Source of the DNA: Bdellovibrionales bacterium
GTDB lineage: Bacteria > Bdellovibrionota > Bdellovibrionia > Bdellovibrionales > JAGQZY01
Length of the DNA: 64,000 bases
Reading direction: 5' to 3'
Assembly: GCA_031426555.1 (NCBI GenBank)
Contig: JANPLN010000002.1
Coordinates: 32,001 to 96,000, forward strand
Shown here: positions 9,588 through 20,255 of the stretch, piece after piece
How positions within the stretch are numbered: position 1 is the stretch's first letter
How the letters are laid out: every line of letters starts with the position of its first letter
Position numbers and translations under genes: made by a program
Notes under the pieces: model-generated
Told to the model about the DNA's origin: nothing
The model's database searches: none
Seen by the model: only the letters and a program-made list of their open reading frames with translations

Positions 9588-10955
9588 TTAGTCGACGTCC
9601 ATGCCGAAGGATTTGATTTTGCGGTGCAGGTAGCTTCGCTCGAGGCCAATGGACTCGGCGGTTTTGCTGATGTTGCCCTCGTATTCGTTGATCTTTGTCG
9701 TAATGTACTCTTTTTCGAATTGAGCACGCGCTTCGCGGAAGCTTCCGAACTCGGCGTAAGAAGGTGTCGATCCAGCTTTTAAGCCCGCAAACTTCATGTC
9801 GTGGATATCCACAGAGTCGTCGGGCGTTAGGATATAAATACGCTCGATAAAGTTTTTAAGCTCGCGCACGTTGCCGGGCCATTCGTATTTTAATAGCAGC
9901 TCCATGGCCTGGGCCGTGAATGTTTTAAAGTGATAGCCGCCGGAGGCTGCGACTTTGCTGCTAAAATACTGGGTCAGCGCTTCGATATCTTTGGGGCGTT
10001 CGCGAAGCGAAGGAATTTTAAGCGGCATTAAATTTAAACGCTCGTAGAGATCTTGGTGAAATCTCCCCGCCTGCACTTCGGCTTGGAGGTTTTTGGCCGT
10101 GGCAGCAACCACGCGCACGTCGAGCTCGATACTCTTGCTGCCTCCGCGGCGTTGGATTTTACTGGTTTGCAGATAACGGTAGATTTTTTCCTGCACAGGC
10201 ATTGGTAGCGCGTCCACGTCGTCGAGAAATAAGGTTCCGCGATGGGCGAGATCCATTTTTCCAAAGCGCTCTTCTTTGGAGCCAACAAGGGAACCTTCTT
10301 CGTACCCAAACAAATCCCCTTCGATCAGATCCGCTGGAATTTGACTGCATTTTAAATCAATCAAAGAGTAGCCGGCGCGCGGGCTCAGAAAGTGAATGTT
10401 GTTGGCCACGAGCTCTTTGCCTGTACCGATTTCACCTTGTAGCAATAACCAATGGGCGGTGGGTGCAATTTTCACTACTAATTGTTTAATCTGTTTGGAC
10501 TCTTCGCTGTTGCCTACAATGGCGATGTTTTCGCGGAGGCGATTTAAAAGATTCTTTTTTTCCTGGCGCTCACGCTGGAAAGCGATGATGTTTTTAATAA
10601 GAATGGATATTTTATCCAGCGAGATTGGCTTTTCGACAAAGTCCCAGGCACCGAGGCGCGTGGCTTGAACCGCGGTTTCGATGGTGCCATGGCCTGACAT
10701 GACGATAAAGTCGCAAAAAACCTGGCGCTCTTTTGCCACCTTTAATACGCCAATCCCATCGTATTTACCGGGCATCCACACATCGAGCAAAACAACTGCC
10801 GGTTTAAAAGACTCAATCTTTTGCAATCCGAGCTCGCCGTTTTCGGCCGTCTCAACCACATAGCCTTCGTCTTGCAGAGCTGCTGACAACACTTCGCAGA
10901 TGGATTTTTCGTCATCGATGATTAAAATTTTGTCTTCCAATTTCTCATTATACAT
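9588..10955 (-). CDS. ntrX: NtrX/NtrC-family response regulator (REC-AAA+-Fis HTH) with degenerate GAFTGA loop
   Basis: IIDDE/LLDVWMP receiver, GEIGTGKE, WPGNVRELKN, ERSYLHRKIK; overlaps the upstream kinase gene by 8 bp. Confidence 0.85.
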   Translation of the reverse strand: MYNEKLEDKILIIDDEKSICEVLSAALQDEGYVVETAENGELGLQKIESFKPAVVLLDVWMPGKYDGIGVLKVAKERQVFCDFIVMSGHGTIETAVQATRLGAWDFVEKPISLDKISILIKNIIAFQRERQEKKNLLNRLRENIAIVGNSEESKQIKQLVVKIAPTAHWLLLQGEIGTGKELVANNIHFLSPRAGYSLIDLKCSQIPADLIEGDLFGYEEGSLVGSKEERFGKMDLAHRGTLFLDDVDALPMPVQEKIYRYLQTSKIQRRGGSKSIELDVRVVAATAKNLQAEVQAGRFHQDLYERLNLMPLKIPSLRERPKDIEALTQYFSSKVAASGGYHFKTFTAQAMELLLKYEWPGNVRELKNFIERIYILTPDDSVDIHDMKFAGLKAGSTPSYAEFGSFREARAQFEKEYITTKINEYEGNISKTAESIGLERSYLHRKIKSFGMDVD

Positions 10956-13113
10956 TTTGATCCTTTACCGACGTCTTGTAAGGCAAGTCCATCTTGATAC
11001 AGAGGCCTTGTGGCGTATTGCCATAAGCCTGTATGATTCCACCGTGATCTTCGACAATTTTACTGACAATCGCAAGCCCCAAGCCCGAACCACTTTTTTT
11101 AGTGCTAAAATACGGCTCAAACAACTTTGTGTAGTTGCCATCTGCAACACCGTGACCGTTATCAGAAACTGTGAGCGTCGAGGTCTGACGAGCAGAGTCT
11201 CCTTTAGTTACAATTTGTATTTTGGCGGACTCCACGTCCTCAACGGCAACCAGAGCATTCTCTATGAGGTTGATGAGAACGCGCTTGATTTGATCCTGGT
11301 CGAACAAAAAAGGCTCCAGTGAGTTGTCCAATGTTACATCAAACGACACTTTTTTATAGCCATCTGAGTACAAGGTCGAAATATTGCGAACCAGGGCATT
11401 CATGTCGTAGATTTCTTTTTGCAAAACCGGCATACGTGCGTATTCCGAAAATTCATTTACGAGGCGTTTCATCTCGTCGGTTTGTTGAATGATCATGTCC
11501 GTGCAGGCCTTAAATGCTTCGTCGTTAATGGAGGAGCCAAACTTTTTTTGTAAGCGCTGTGCGGACAACTTAATTGGTGTCAGTGGATTTTTAATTTCGT
11601 GGGCGATTCGACGAGCCACTTCTTTCCAAGCTTCGATTTTTTGCGATTTAAAAACATCAGTAAGGTCATCAAATCCGATAACAGTGCCCAAATTTTTGTC
11701 AAAACCACCGAGTCGGGAAATTGTAAATAAACAAGGAAAGGAATGATTGTTTAATTCCATTTCAATCTGCCGGGTCATTTTGCTCAGCGAGTACTGCCCC
11801 ATGCTCAAAATCATCTGGCGATAGACGCGGTAGTATTTTTCCCCGAGGGCCTCTTTGAGATTTCGGCCGATGTAATCCTGGGATTGAACCTTAAATAAAG
11901 CCGCCGCCCGGTCATTGATCGTGGCGATATTGTCATCGGGATCCAAAGAAATCACACCCGTGCTGACGTTGGAAAGCACCACCTCTATATATCGACTGCG
12001 CTCGTCCAAGCGAGATAGGGTTTCCTGAAGTTGTTGAGCCATGGAGTTAAAATTTTCGGCAAGTTCAAGGACCTCGGTTTCCACGCGATCAATTTTTACG
12101 GGGCGGTAGTCACCCTGGGCAATCCGCCGTGTGGCCTTACCGAGCTCTGACAGCGCTCCCGAAAGATGTTGAGCCATATAGAACCCAAACCACGTGGCGC
12201 AGAACAAAATCACCAAGGTCATCAGCAAGAGAATGATGATGTAAATGGATTTTAACGGATACTGAATGGGAGTTCGACCGCTCCCTTTGAGATCCTCGTA
12301 CACCGAACCAATGGCGTCCATTTTTTGTAAGAGAGACAGTGGAACATAGGTGGAAACAATAACGGCGCCTTCTCGGCCTTTGACCGGAACCATGGCGCGG
12401 ATCAAGTTGCCTTTGACGTACTCGTGAACCGTGCTGGCCTCGTTTTTTTGTTTGAGGCCTTTTTCTAAAAATTCCACCGAAGCCCTAGGGACATCGGGCA
12501 CACTTTGATCCTCGGTCATGACCATTTCGCGAGAGCCTAAAACATCCTCGTAGTACTCAATGGCATCGAGATCGTAGATGTGTTGCTGCTGGCGAAGCAC
12601 ATACTGGATTTCGTCCCGAGAATGGGCGTACTGCAGCTTTTGCGCCACCATGTGGGCCGCATAAAAGTTGCGCTTTTTAGAGTCCATATAAAAGTGGGTT
12701 GTCACTTCCAGCGAGCTCTTCATCACTGCCGTCATTTTTTCGCTAAACCATTTATCAAAGCTGGAATTGATATAAATGACTGACACAAAAAACATTAAAA
12801 GTGTTGGCACCGACGAAAAAATAAAAAAGGTCATGACAAGGCGTGAGCGCAGCGAGCTTCCGGCCACACCTCGCCGTTTTTCGATGAAGGCTTTAAATAG
12901 ATTTCTGAAGATAAGAAAAAATAGCAGCAACAAGAGGACTAAGTTAAAATTCACCAGTCCAAAAAAGAAAACAGAGTACTCAAACGGAAGATCTTTACTG
13001 GTGAGAAAAACACGAAACTCAAACCAGGCAAGAATGATAAAGAGAAGCATCAATCCAACGATGGAAAAAACTTCGCGCTTTCTTTTACCAAACTCTTTAG
13101 GGGAACGCACCAT
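10948..13113 (-). CDS. ntrY: NtrY-like membrane sensor histidine kinase (HAMP-PAS-HisKA-HATPase)
   Basis: AWKEVARRIAHEIKNPLTPIKLSAQRL H-box, N-terminal TMs, FEPYFSTK, GSGLGL. Confidence 0.88.
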   Translation of the reverse strand: MVRSPKEFGKRKREVFSIVGLMLLFIILAWFEFRVFLTSKDLPFEYSVFFFGLVNFNLVLLLLLFFLIFRNLFKAFIEKRRGVAGSSLRSRLVMTFFIFSSVPTLLMFFVSVIYINSSFDKWFSEKMTAVMKSSLEVTTHFYMDSKKRNFYAAHMVAQKLQYAHSRDEIQYVLRQQQHIYDLDAIEYYEDVLGSREMVMTEDQSVPDVPRASVEFLEKGLKQKNEASTVHEYVKGNLIRAMVPVKGREGAVIVSTYVPLSLLQKMDAIGSVYEDLKGSGRTPIQYPLKSIYIIILLLMTLVILFCATWFGFYMAQHLSGALSELGKATRRIAQGDYRPVKIDRVETEVLELAENFNSMAQQLQETLSRLDERSRYIEVVLSNVSTGVISLDPDDNIATINDRAAALFKVQSQDYIGRNLKEALGEKYYRVYRQMILSMGQYSLSKMTRQIEMELNNHSFPCLFTISRLGGFDKNLGTVIGFDDLTDVFKSQKIEAWKEVARRIAHEIKNPLTPIKLSAQRLQKKFGSSINDEAFKACTDMIIQQTDEMKRLVNEFSEYARMPVLQKEIYDMNALVRNISTLYSDGYKKVSFDVTLDNSLEPFLFDQDQIKRVLINLIENALVAVEDVESAKIQIVTKGDSARQTSTLTVSDNGHGVADGNYTKLFEPYFSTKKSGSGLGLAIVSKIVEDHGGIIQAYGNTPQGLCIKMDLPYKTSVKDQNV

Positions 13114-13119
13114 GGGCTC

Positions 13120-13587
13120 CTATCCGAGCAGCTCTTCTTTGAGGGCCAACATTTCTAAAGCAACAAACGCGGACTCTTTTCCCTTGTTGCCTTTAGCTCC
13201 GCCGGCCCGAGCCAGGGCCTGGTGACCATCTTCGGTGGTGAGCACGCCAAAAGCAACTGGCACGCCATGCTGAAGCTGAAGCTCGGAACAACCGCGCTCC
13301 ACAGAATTACAAACAAAATCAAAATGCGACGTCTCGCCGCGAATGACCGCGCCCAGGGCAATCACCGCATCGCACTTTTTTCCTTCAATGAGCCATTTGA
13401 CCGCTAGAGGAATTTCAACCGCCCCCGGAACTTCCACATCAAAAATATTAACTCCGAACTCATTGAGAACTTCCAAAGCACCAAGGCGCATTTTGCCTGT
13501 GACATTTTCGTTGTACTGCGAGGTGACGATGCCAATCACGTAGTCGTGGGCTCGGCTGCGAATTGTCTCTAGATTCCCTTTGATCAT
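13120..13587 (-). CDS. ribH: 6,7-dimethyl-8-ribityllumazine synthase
   Basis: VPGAVEIP, GAVIRGETSHF, GNKG. Confidence 0.96.
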   Translation of the reverse strand: MIKGNLETIRSRAHDYVIGIVTSQYNENVTGKMRLGALEVLNEFGVNIFDVEVPGAVEIPLAVKWLIEGKKCDAVIALGAVIRGETSHFDFVCNSVERGCSELQLQHGVPVAFGVLTTEDGHQALARAGGAKGNKGKESAFVALEMLALKEELLG

Positions 13588-14681
13588 ACAAAACCTGCTT
13601 TTTCAATTTCGAGACCAAATCCTTTGAGACCAACAGCCTTTGCACTTTCTGAACTACCGAGAAGATCTATTTTACGCACGCCTAAGTGACGCAGGATTTG
13701 TGCACCGATTCCATATTCACGGGGGTCCATTTTTCGATCGATGGAGCTGGCCGCTTTACCTGTCCAGCCCGCCACCGACGACTGCGCGCCCTCTTTGCGC
13801 AAATACACAAACACGGCACTGTCCACGCCGCTCATCATTTCTAGAGCTTTTTCATAGGGCATGCTTGAGTTGCTGTCTTCGTGGGGAATCAAAAGATCAT
13901 TCCATACGTTTTCCACATGCACGCGCACCAATGTTGGTCGATCTTCGCGAATTACGCCTTTTTGTAAAACAAAATTGTGTGAATGATCGAGGAGATTTTT
14001 AAAAACTTTGGCTTGGAATAATCCAAACTTTGTTTGCATGGGACCCGAGGATACTTCTTCGATGTAGGATTCGTTATTTAAACGGTAGCGAATCAACTCT
14101 TCGATGGTGCCAATTTTAAGGTTGTGGTCTTTTGCAAACTTAACAAGATCTGGCAGGCGCGCCATGGTGCCATCCGCTTTCATCACTTCGCAGATCACCG
14201 CTGCCGGAGTGAGCCCTGCAAGTTTCGCAAGATCCACACTAGCTTCGGTGTGCCCAGCTCTTTTGAGCACTCCGCCCTGTTGGGCGCGAATTGGAAAAAC
14301 ATGTCCGGGCATAATGACATCGTTGGGGCGTGAGCGTGGATTTGCAGCCACGCGAATTGTGTGGGCTCTATCTGAAGCAGAAATTCCAGTGGACACACCT
14401 TCGGCCGCTTCGATGCTCACGGTGAACGCCGTTTTGTTTGGAGAATGATTTCGTTCGTCGCCCACCATCAGCGGAATGTTGAGTCGGTCGATTTGATGAG
14501 GCTCTAGCGACAAACAAATAAGGCCGCGGGCTTGCGTAGCCATAAAGTTGATGGCATCGGGCGTGACAAAATCGGTGGCGAGGATGAGATCGCCTTCGTT
14601 TTCGCGATCTTCGTCGTCGATCAGGATGACCATCTTTCCGTTGCGGAGATCGTCGATAATTTCGGGAATTGAATCCATCAT
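13584..14681 (-). CDS. ribB: DHBP synthase RibB fused to a degenerate GTP cyclohydrolase II-like domain (RibBX type)
   Basis: DDEDRENEGDL, TGISASDR, RAGHTEA; the C-terminal domain lacks the GCH-II cysteines; ATGA overlap with ribE. Confidence 0.9.
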   Translation of the reverse strand: MMDSIPEIIDDLRNGKMVILIDDEDRENEGDLILATDFVTPDAINFMATQARGLICLSLEPHQIDRLNIPLMVGDERNHSPNKTAFTVSIEAAEGVSTGISASDRAHTIRVAANPRSRPNDVIMPGHVFPIRAQQGGVLKRAGHTEASVDLAKLAGLTPAAVICEVMKADGTMARLPDLVKFAKDHNLKIGTIEELIRYRLNNESYIEEVSSGPMQTKFGLFQAKVFKNLLDHSHNFVLQKGVIREDRPTLVRVHVENVWNDLLIPHEDSNSSMPYEKALEMMSGVDSAVFVYLRKEGAQSSVAGWTGKAASSIDRKMDPREYGIGAQILRHLGVRKIDLLGSSESAKAVGLKGFGLEIEKAGFV

Positions 14682-15280
14682 AAATTGGCCTCTCGCTGTT
14701 CTTGAAAATGAACAAATGCCTTGGCCCATGTATCGTATTCTATATTGACCACATCACCGGGCTTTAGGTTTTTTAAGTTAGTGCGCAGTAAGGTTTCGGG
14801 AATCAGGCACACGTTAAATTCGGTGGCCGTGACTTCGTTCAAGGTGAGACTCACTCCTTGAATTGAAATGCTGCCTTTGGACCAAACCATCTTAGAATTG
14901 ATATTCTTTTTGGAAAATTTCAAATTCCAGCTTTCGCCTTTTTGCACATCTAAAACTTCGGCGGTGGTATCCACGTGTCCACTGACAAAGTGTCCATGGA
15001 CGCGATCGCCAAATTTAAGGGAACGCTCGAGGTTTACCAATGCTCCCTGAAGTGATTTTTGGGTCCAGCCTGTCACGCGAAGAGTTTCTTGCCCCAGAGT
15101 GAACTGCAGTTGTTTTGGGGTTGCAACTTCGACGGTGAGACACACACCATTTGTAGCGATGCTATCTCCCAATTGAATGTCATCAAAGTGAGTTGGGCGT
15201 TGAACAAAAAGAGTGAGGAGGTCGCTGCGTGGCTCGACAACTTCGATGGGCGAACAGGCCTCTATGATTCCGGAAAACAT
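14678..15280 (-). CDS. ribE: Riboflavin synthase alpha chain
   Basis: MFSGII, GDSIATNGVCLTV, GHFVSGHVD. Confidence 0.95.
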   Translation of the reverse strand: MFSGIIEACSPIEVVEPRSDLLTLFVQRPTHFDDIQLGDSIATNGVCLTVEVATPKQLQFTLGQETLRVTGWTQKSLQGALVNLERSLKFGDRVHGHFVSGHVDTTAEVLDVQKGESWNLKFSKKNINSKMVWSKGSISIQGVSLTLNEVTATEFNVCLIPETLLRTNLKNLKPGDVVNIEYDTWAKAFVHFQEQREANL

Positions 15281-15334
15281 GGGGCCAAGCTAACCTTTGT
15301 GATTCGTTATGTCAACACTGCTAACTTACCAAGA

Positions 15335-17860
15335 TCACTTCGTTTTAATCGCAAAACTGAGTCCCAAATCCGAAGCTCCCACTTCCACGTGAGACGCGGC
15401 CGGAACTTCGCCAGACAAAATCTTCTTAGAAAGCGGGTTTAAAAGATGATCCTGAATCGCTCTTTTTAGCGGGCGTGCCCCATACTCGGGATCGTAGCCT
15501 TTTTTCGCTAAATACTCGAGAGCTGCGTCGTTGACGACCATGGTAATTTTTTTATCAGCCAATCGTTTAATCACGCGTTGAACTTGAATGCTCACGATAC
15601 TGCTCAACTGGTCTTTGCCCAGATCTTTAAAGGTAATGATCTCGTCGATGCGATTGATAAACTCCGGTTTGAAATGAGCTTTGACATCGGTGGCGAGATT
15701 GGACGTCATGACAATCACTGTGTTTTTGAAATCCACGGTGCGTCCCTGCCCGTCGGTGAGATGTCCTTCGTCAAAAACTTGCAACAGGACATTGAACACA
15801 TCGGGGTGCGCCTTTTCGACTTCGTCGAGTAACACCACACTGTAAGGGCGTCGGCGAACTTGCTCGGTGAGCTGCCCTCCTTCGTCGTAGCCCACATAGC
15901 CGGGAGGGGCTCCGATGAGTCGAGACACCGAATGCTTTTCCATGTACTCGCTCATGTCGACACGAACGATGTTTTCCTCGGAGTCGAAAAGAAATTCGGC
16001 GAGAGCTTTGACGGTTTCGGTCTTACCCACACCCGTAGGTCCCAAAAATAAAAACGTTCCGATGGGACGATTGGGATCGCCGATCTCGGCTCGCGAACGG
16101 CGAACCGCATCCGCCACCGCGCTGAGCGCGGCCCCTTGCCCCACAACACGTTTTGCTAAGTAGTTTTCTATTTTTAAAAGCTTATCGGTTTCGGATTGAA
16201 CCATTTTTTCCACAGGAATTCCGGTCCACTTGGCCACGATCTCGGCGATGACCTCGGGGGTGACTTCTTCGCGCAAGAGTCTTTTTCCGCCGGTGAGATT
16301 ATCGGCTGCGGTGTTGAGCTCGAGAAGCTTTTTTTCCAGAGCCGGGAGCTCGCCGTATTTGAGGCGCGCTGCCCGCTCTAGCTGACTTTCACGCTCGGCA
16401 ACTTCGATTTGTTTTTTAACCGTTTCGACCTGGGATTTTGTTTCTTTGAGAGATTGAATTTCGCTCTTTTCCTTTTCCCATTGTTTCGTGACCACTGCCA
16501 CTCGCCCCTGCAACTCTTTAAGCTCGCTGTCGATCACTTGCAAACGCGGGTCGTCTTTTTTGCTGTCTTTCTTATCGTCGCGAACCGCATTTTGTTCGAT
16601 CTGCAATTGCATGATCTTGCGCTTGAGTTGATCCACCTCAGATGGAACGCTGTTGATTTCGATGCTTAGCTTGCTTGCAGCTTCGTCGATCAGATCGATG
16701 GCTTTGTCGGGCAAGAACCGATTTGTAATATAACGATGGGAAAGTTTGGCGGCGGCAATGATTGCGTCGTCGGTGATGCGCACACTGTGATGCACTTCGT
16801 ACTGATTTTTGAGACCGCGGAGAATGGTAATAGTATCTTCCACCGAGGGTTCGTCCACCAGCACAGTTTGAAACCGGCGTTCGAGGGCTTTGTCTTTTTC
16901 GATGTACTGGCGATACTCATCGAGAGTGGTGGCGCCGATACAGCGCAGCTCTCCCCGCGCCAGTGCCGGCTTTAACAGTTGGCCAGCATCCATGGCGCCA
17001 TCGGCTTTGCCCGCGCCAACCAAAGTGTGCAATTCGTCGATAAATAAAATGATTTGCCCATCACCTCGGGCGACTTCCTTAATGACAGCTTTTAGACGCT
17101 CTTCAAACTCGCCGCGATATTTCGCACCGGCAATCAGCGCACCCATGTCGAGGCTGACAATTCTTTTGTCATAGAGCACCTCTGGCACATCTTTGTTGAT
17201 GATGCGAATGGCGAGTCCTTCGGCGATGGCCGTTTTGCCAACACCGGGGTCTCCGATAAGTACGGGATTGTTTTTCTTACGCCGCGCGAGCACCTGAATG
17301 GTGCGACGAATTTCCTCATCGCGCCCAATCACTGGATCGAGCTTACCTTCTTGCGCCATTTGGGTGAGATCCCGCGAGTATTTTTCGAGAGCGTTGTATT
17401 GATTATCGCCGTCTTCCGAATTTAATTTTTCACCACCACGCATCGTCTCTAACTCCTTTTTAAATTGATCTGCTGAAACCAGTTTGTGCAGATCCATCAC
17501 CCGTTGGTCCAGTGCTGCAAGATAAAAATGTTCCAACCCAATAAACTGATCGCCCAGTTGCTGTGCCATCTTTTCGGATTTTTTAAACAACTCCACCAAC
17601 CGTTGGCTGGCCAACACTTTTGAACTGCCGGTGACTTGAGGCAGTCTGTCCAATGCACTTTTTAAATTTTTTTGCACGGTGACCAGTGCTTGCGGATCGA
17701 TGCGACCGAGAATGTCGACCACTGCGGAGCCCGGTTCGTTTGCAATGATCGACAACAAATGCTCGGGCTCAACCGCAGGATGCATTTGCACCTCTGCCAT
17801 TTTCGCAGCGGCTTGCATGGCCTGTCTTGCTTTAAGTGTCATTTTTTCAATGTCGTTCAC
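15335..17860 (-). CDS. clpB: Chaperone ClpB
   Basis: Two AAA+ modules ([16 protein letters not shown]), coiled-coil M domain, GAPPGYVGY. Confidence 0.96.
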   Translation of the reverse strand: MNDIEKMTLKARQAMQAAAKMAEVQMHPAVEPEHLLSIIANEPGSAVVDILGRIDPQALVTVQKNLKSALDRLPQVTGSSKVLASQRLVELFKKSEKMAQQLGDQFIGLEHFYLAALDQRVMDLHKLVSADQFKKELETMRGGEKLNSEDGDNQYNALEKYSRDLTQMAQEGKLDPVIGRDEEIRRTIQVLARRKKNNPVLIGDPGVGKTAIAEGLAIRIINKDVPEVLYDKRIVSLDMGALIAGAKYRGEFEERLKAVIKEVARGDGQIILFIDELHTLVGAGKADGAMDAGQLLKPALARGELRCIGATTLDEYRQYIEKDKALERRFQTVLVDEPSVEDTITILRGLKNQYEVHHSVRITDDAIIAAAKLSHRYITNRFLPDKAIDLIDEAASKLSIEINSVPSEVDQLKRKIMQLQIEQNAVRDDKKDSKKDDPRLQVIDSELKELQGRVAVVTKQWEKEKSEIQSLKETKSQVETVKKQIEVAERESQLERAARLKYGELPALEKKLLELNTAADNLTGGKRLLREEVTPEVIAEIVAKWTGIPVEKMVQSETDKLLKIENYLAKRVVGQGAALSAVADAVRRSRAEIGDPNRPIGTFLFLGPTGVGKTETVKALAEFLFDSEENIVRVDMSEYMEKHSVSRLIGAPPGYVGYDEGGQLTEQVRRRPYSVVLLDEVEKAHPDVFNVLLQVFDEGHLTDGQGRTVDFKNTVIVMTSNLATDVKAHFKPEFINRIDEIITFKDLGKDQLSSIVSIQVQRVIKRLADKKITMVVNDAALEYLAKKGYDPEYGARPLKRAIQDHLLNPLSKKILSGEVPAASHVEVGASDLGLSFAIKTK

Positions 17861-17915
17861 ACCGACTCCTTAAGAGTGTATACCCTACTCTATTAAGATG
17901 AGGGCCCCCATAGAA

Positions 17916-18155
17916 ATGTCAATCAATCCTACGCCTAAAAAGTTGCGCAAAGGAATTAAACTGGATCGCGTGTCTCCCCTCGATTTTTCCAAGCGAAATC
18001 TTATCTATTGTTGCGAGCAGTGTTCGCACTTTGATCCGGAATCAGAGTCGTGCACTCTGGGTTATCAAGCTCGCTTACACAAACGCGAAGTACAGCTGAA
18101 GCGCTACTACTTAAACGGACATATGGCTTTTTGTCGTTTTACCGAGATTGACTGA
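17916..18155 (+). CDS. Small Cys-rich hypothetical protein (possible metal binding)
   Basis: CCEQCSHF...CTLG...FCRF; stop overlaps the next start; upstream ATG at 17898 is an alternative. Confidence 0.7.
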   Translation: MSINPTPKKLRKGIKLDRVSPLDFSKRNLIYCCEQCSHFDPESESCTLGYQARLHKREVQLKRYYLNGHMAFCRFTEID

Positions 18156-19075
18156 TGAGTTCCTTCGTCCTTCCATTATTAGTGGCATTGGGCTTCCTTG
18201 CCCTGTTTTTATTCACCCTTCGCCGCGCTCAGGTTTTTGCGGCAGAGGTAGAACTTTCTGAGTTTTTACAAACCAAAAGCTTCACTTTTGGCCATCTGGC
18301 CTATTACGACAACCTCAACGAAACGAACAAAAATCAAATCCCGTGGATTTTTATCCACAGCATAGGATCCTCTTTTTATAGCTGGCGCTATCAAATACAG
18401 CACTTTTCGGGGTCGCAAAGAATCATCGCCGTGGACCTGCTTGGATTTGGGCAAAGTGATAAACCAGCCCTGGCGAACTACGACCTCGATGCAACAACCT
18501 TGCGTTTGACCGACTTTTTCGACTCCTTGGACATACAACAAGGATATTTAGTGGGTTGCTCTATGGGCGGGGCCCTTTGCTTGTGGTTAAAAACTTTGCA
18601 GCCCGAGCGCTTTCCAAAGGTCGTTGTCATTTCACCCGCCGCCACCCCAACACTAGTTCCATTTATACGACTGCAGCATGAAAAGCTCGCTTTGATAGGC
18701 AAGCGGCTGGTTTCCCGGTCACTTATTAAGGCAGCGCTGAGGGGCGGTCTAGCTTACCGCCATCGAATCTCGCCGCAGATGGTGGAAAATTATTTCGCAC
18801 CCTTTAAAAATCCCGACGCCGTGACCTGTTTTTTAAAATCAGTATCCATTATAAAGGATGCAAGAATTTTTGCGGGCCTGCCCACCATCGCCAGCCCTGT
18901 GTTGATTGTGTGGGGCGAACGAGATCGCGTGATCCAGCGCACGGCGCTGATGAAGATTGTCCAACACCTGCCGCAAGGGCAACTCCTCACTCACAAAACC
19001 GGGGGTCACCATCTGATGGAAGACGAGCCCGAGTGGACAAATAAAATCATTTGCGATTATTTTACCTCGACTTAA
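18155..19075 (+). CDS. Alpha/beta-fold hydrolase with N-terminal anchor
   Basis: DLLGFGQSD, GCSMGG nucleophile elbow, WGERD, GHHLMED. Confidence 0.9.
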   Translation: MSSFVLPLLVALGFLALFLFTLRRAQVFAAEVELSEFLQTKSFTFGHLAYYDNLNETNKNQIPWIFIHSIGSSFYSWRYQIQHFSGSQRIIAVDLLGFGQSDKPALANYDLDATTLRLTDFFDSLDIQQGYLVGCSMGGALCLWLKTLQPERFPKVVVISPAATPTLVPFIRLQHEKLALIGKRLVSRSLIKAALRGGLAYRHRISPQMVENYFAPFKNPDAVTCFLKSVSIIKDARIFAGLPTIASPVLIVWGERDRVIQRTALMKIVQHLPQGQLLTHKTGGHHLMEDEPEWTNKIICDYFTST

Positions 19076-19217
19076 ATACCTAAACAGATCCACTAGACTC
19101 TTTACCGGGTGTATTTTTTGACAGCTTTTCCTCGACGTAGGATTTGAAAACAGGTCTTTCAGCTTAGGACTAAGGGTTAAAAAATGCCGTTTTTTGTTAA
19201 ACCCTACTCTCGTCCTG

Positions 19218-19244
19218 TCAAGTAACTGCGGCTCTCTCCGAAGA
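19218..19244 (+). promoter_or_regulatory. Putative sigma28 (FliA) promoter of flagellin
   Basis: TCAA-N15-TCCGAAGA versus consensus TAAA-N15-GCCGATAA, upstream of AAGGAG RBS. Confidence 0.65.
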
Positions 19245-19276
19245 GTGTGTTGTCAACTTATTAAAGGAGTGAACAA

Positions 19277-20110
19277 ATGAGTATGCGAGTGAACACAAAT
19301 ATTTCGTCAGTAAATGCAATGAGAAATTTATATTCGAATGATCGCAATATAAATTCAAACTTTGAAAAAATGGCCAGTGGCAGCCGAATTAATAAAGCCG
19401 CTGATGATGCTGCAGGGCTCGCCATTTCTGAGAACCTAAAGGCGCAGATCCGATCTTCGGTTCAAGCGTCTCGAAACGCCAACGATGGTATCTCTCTTGT
19501 GCAGACAGCTGAGGGTGGCCTTAATGAATTGGGCAACATCATCGTGCGGATGCGAGAATTGGGAATTCAAGCGGCTTCAGACACCGTCGGTGAAAATGAA
19601 AGAGGCTTTATCAATATGGAAGTCCAACAATTAAAGTCGGAATTTCAGCGTATTTCGGACTCTACTAAATGGGGTCAAACGAAGCTCTTGGACGGATCGA
19701 CACCTGACTTTTCGTTTCAAGTGGGAATTAATAACTCCGAAGAAGAAGATAGAATTAATTTTGACTCCGCGGGCAACGTTGCCACTTTGGATGCACTCGG
19801 TTTGAGTGGGGTGGATTTCGAGTCTAAAGAGGGTGCTCGGGGCGCGCTTGAAGCTCTTGATACTGCTCAGGTGGGTGTGAACCGCATCCGCTCCAGCCTA
19901 GGTGCTTTGCAAAACCGCTTAGTATCGACTGTTCAGAGCTTGGGCATCCAACAGGAAAACCTGTCAGCCGCTAACAGCCGTATCCGCGATGCCGATATTG
20001 CCGAAGTGACTGCCGATTTGACCAAGAACCAAATCTTAATGCAGGCCAACACGGCCACTTTAGCCCAAGCCAATCAGAAAAATACATTGGCTCTGAAGTT
20101 GATCGGTTAA
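19277..20110 (+). CDS. fliC: Flagellin (short, 277 aa)
   Basis: SGSRINKAADDAAGLAISE and SRIRDAD conserved termini. Confidence 0.97.
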   Translation: MSMRVNTNISSVNAMRNLYSNDRNINSNFEKMASGSRINKAADDAAGLAISENLKAQIRSSVQASRNANDGISLVQTAEGGLNELGNIIVRMRELGIQAASDTVGENERGFINMEVQQLKSEFQRISDSTKWGQTKLLDGSTPDFSFQVGINNSEEEDRINFDSAGNVATLDALGLSGVDFESKEGARGALEALDTAQVGVNRIRSSLGALQNRLVSTVQSLGIQQENLSAANSRIRDADIAEVTADLTKNQILMQANTATLAQANQKNTLALKLIG

Positions 20111-20140
20111 TATAAAAAGTTAAAAGTGTGTGTTCACTCC

Positions 20141-20163
20141 GGGGTCCTCAGGGACCCCTTTTT
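20141..20163 (+). terminator. Intrinsic terminator after fliC
   Basis: GGGGTCC-tcag-GGACCCC-TTTTT. Confidence 0.85.
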
Positions 20164-20200
20164 ACGTTTGACATCTGGTCCTATTAAATTTCTTCTAGGC

Positions 20201-20217
20201 TTGGCATTAACAATGCG
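20201..20217 (+). promoter_or_regulatory. Possible sigma54 promoter
   Basis: TTGGCATTAACAATGCG has GG-N10-GC spacing, about 40 bp upstream of the 20256 start. Confidence 0.4.
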
Positions 20218-20255
20218 TTAGATTGTGGTGGATTTGAGATTAACGGAGGAATTTT

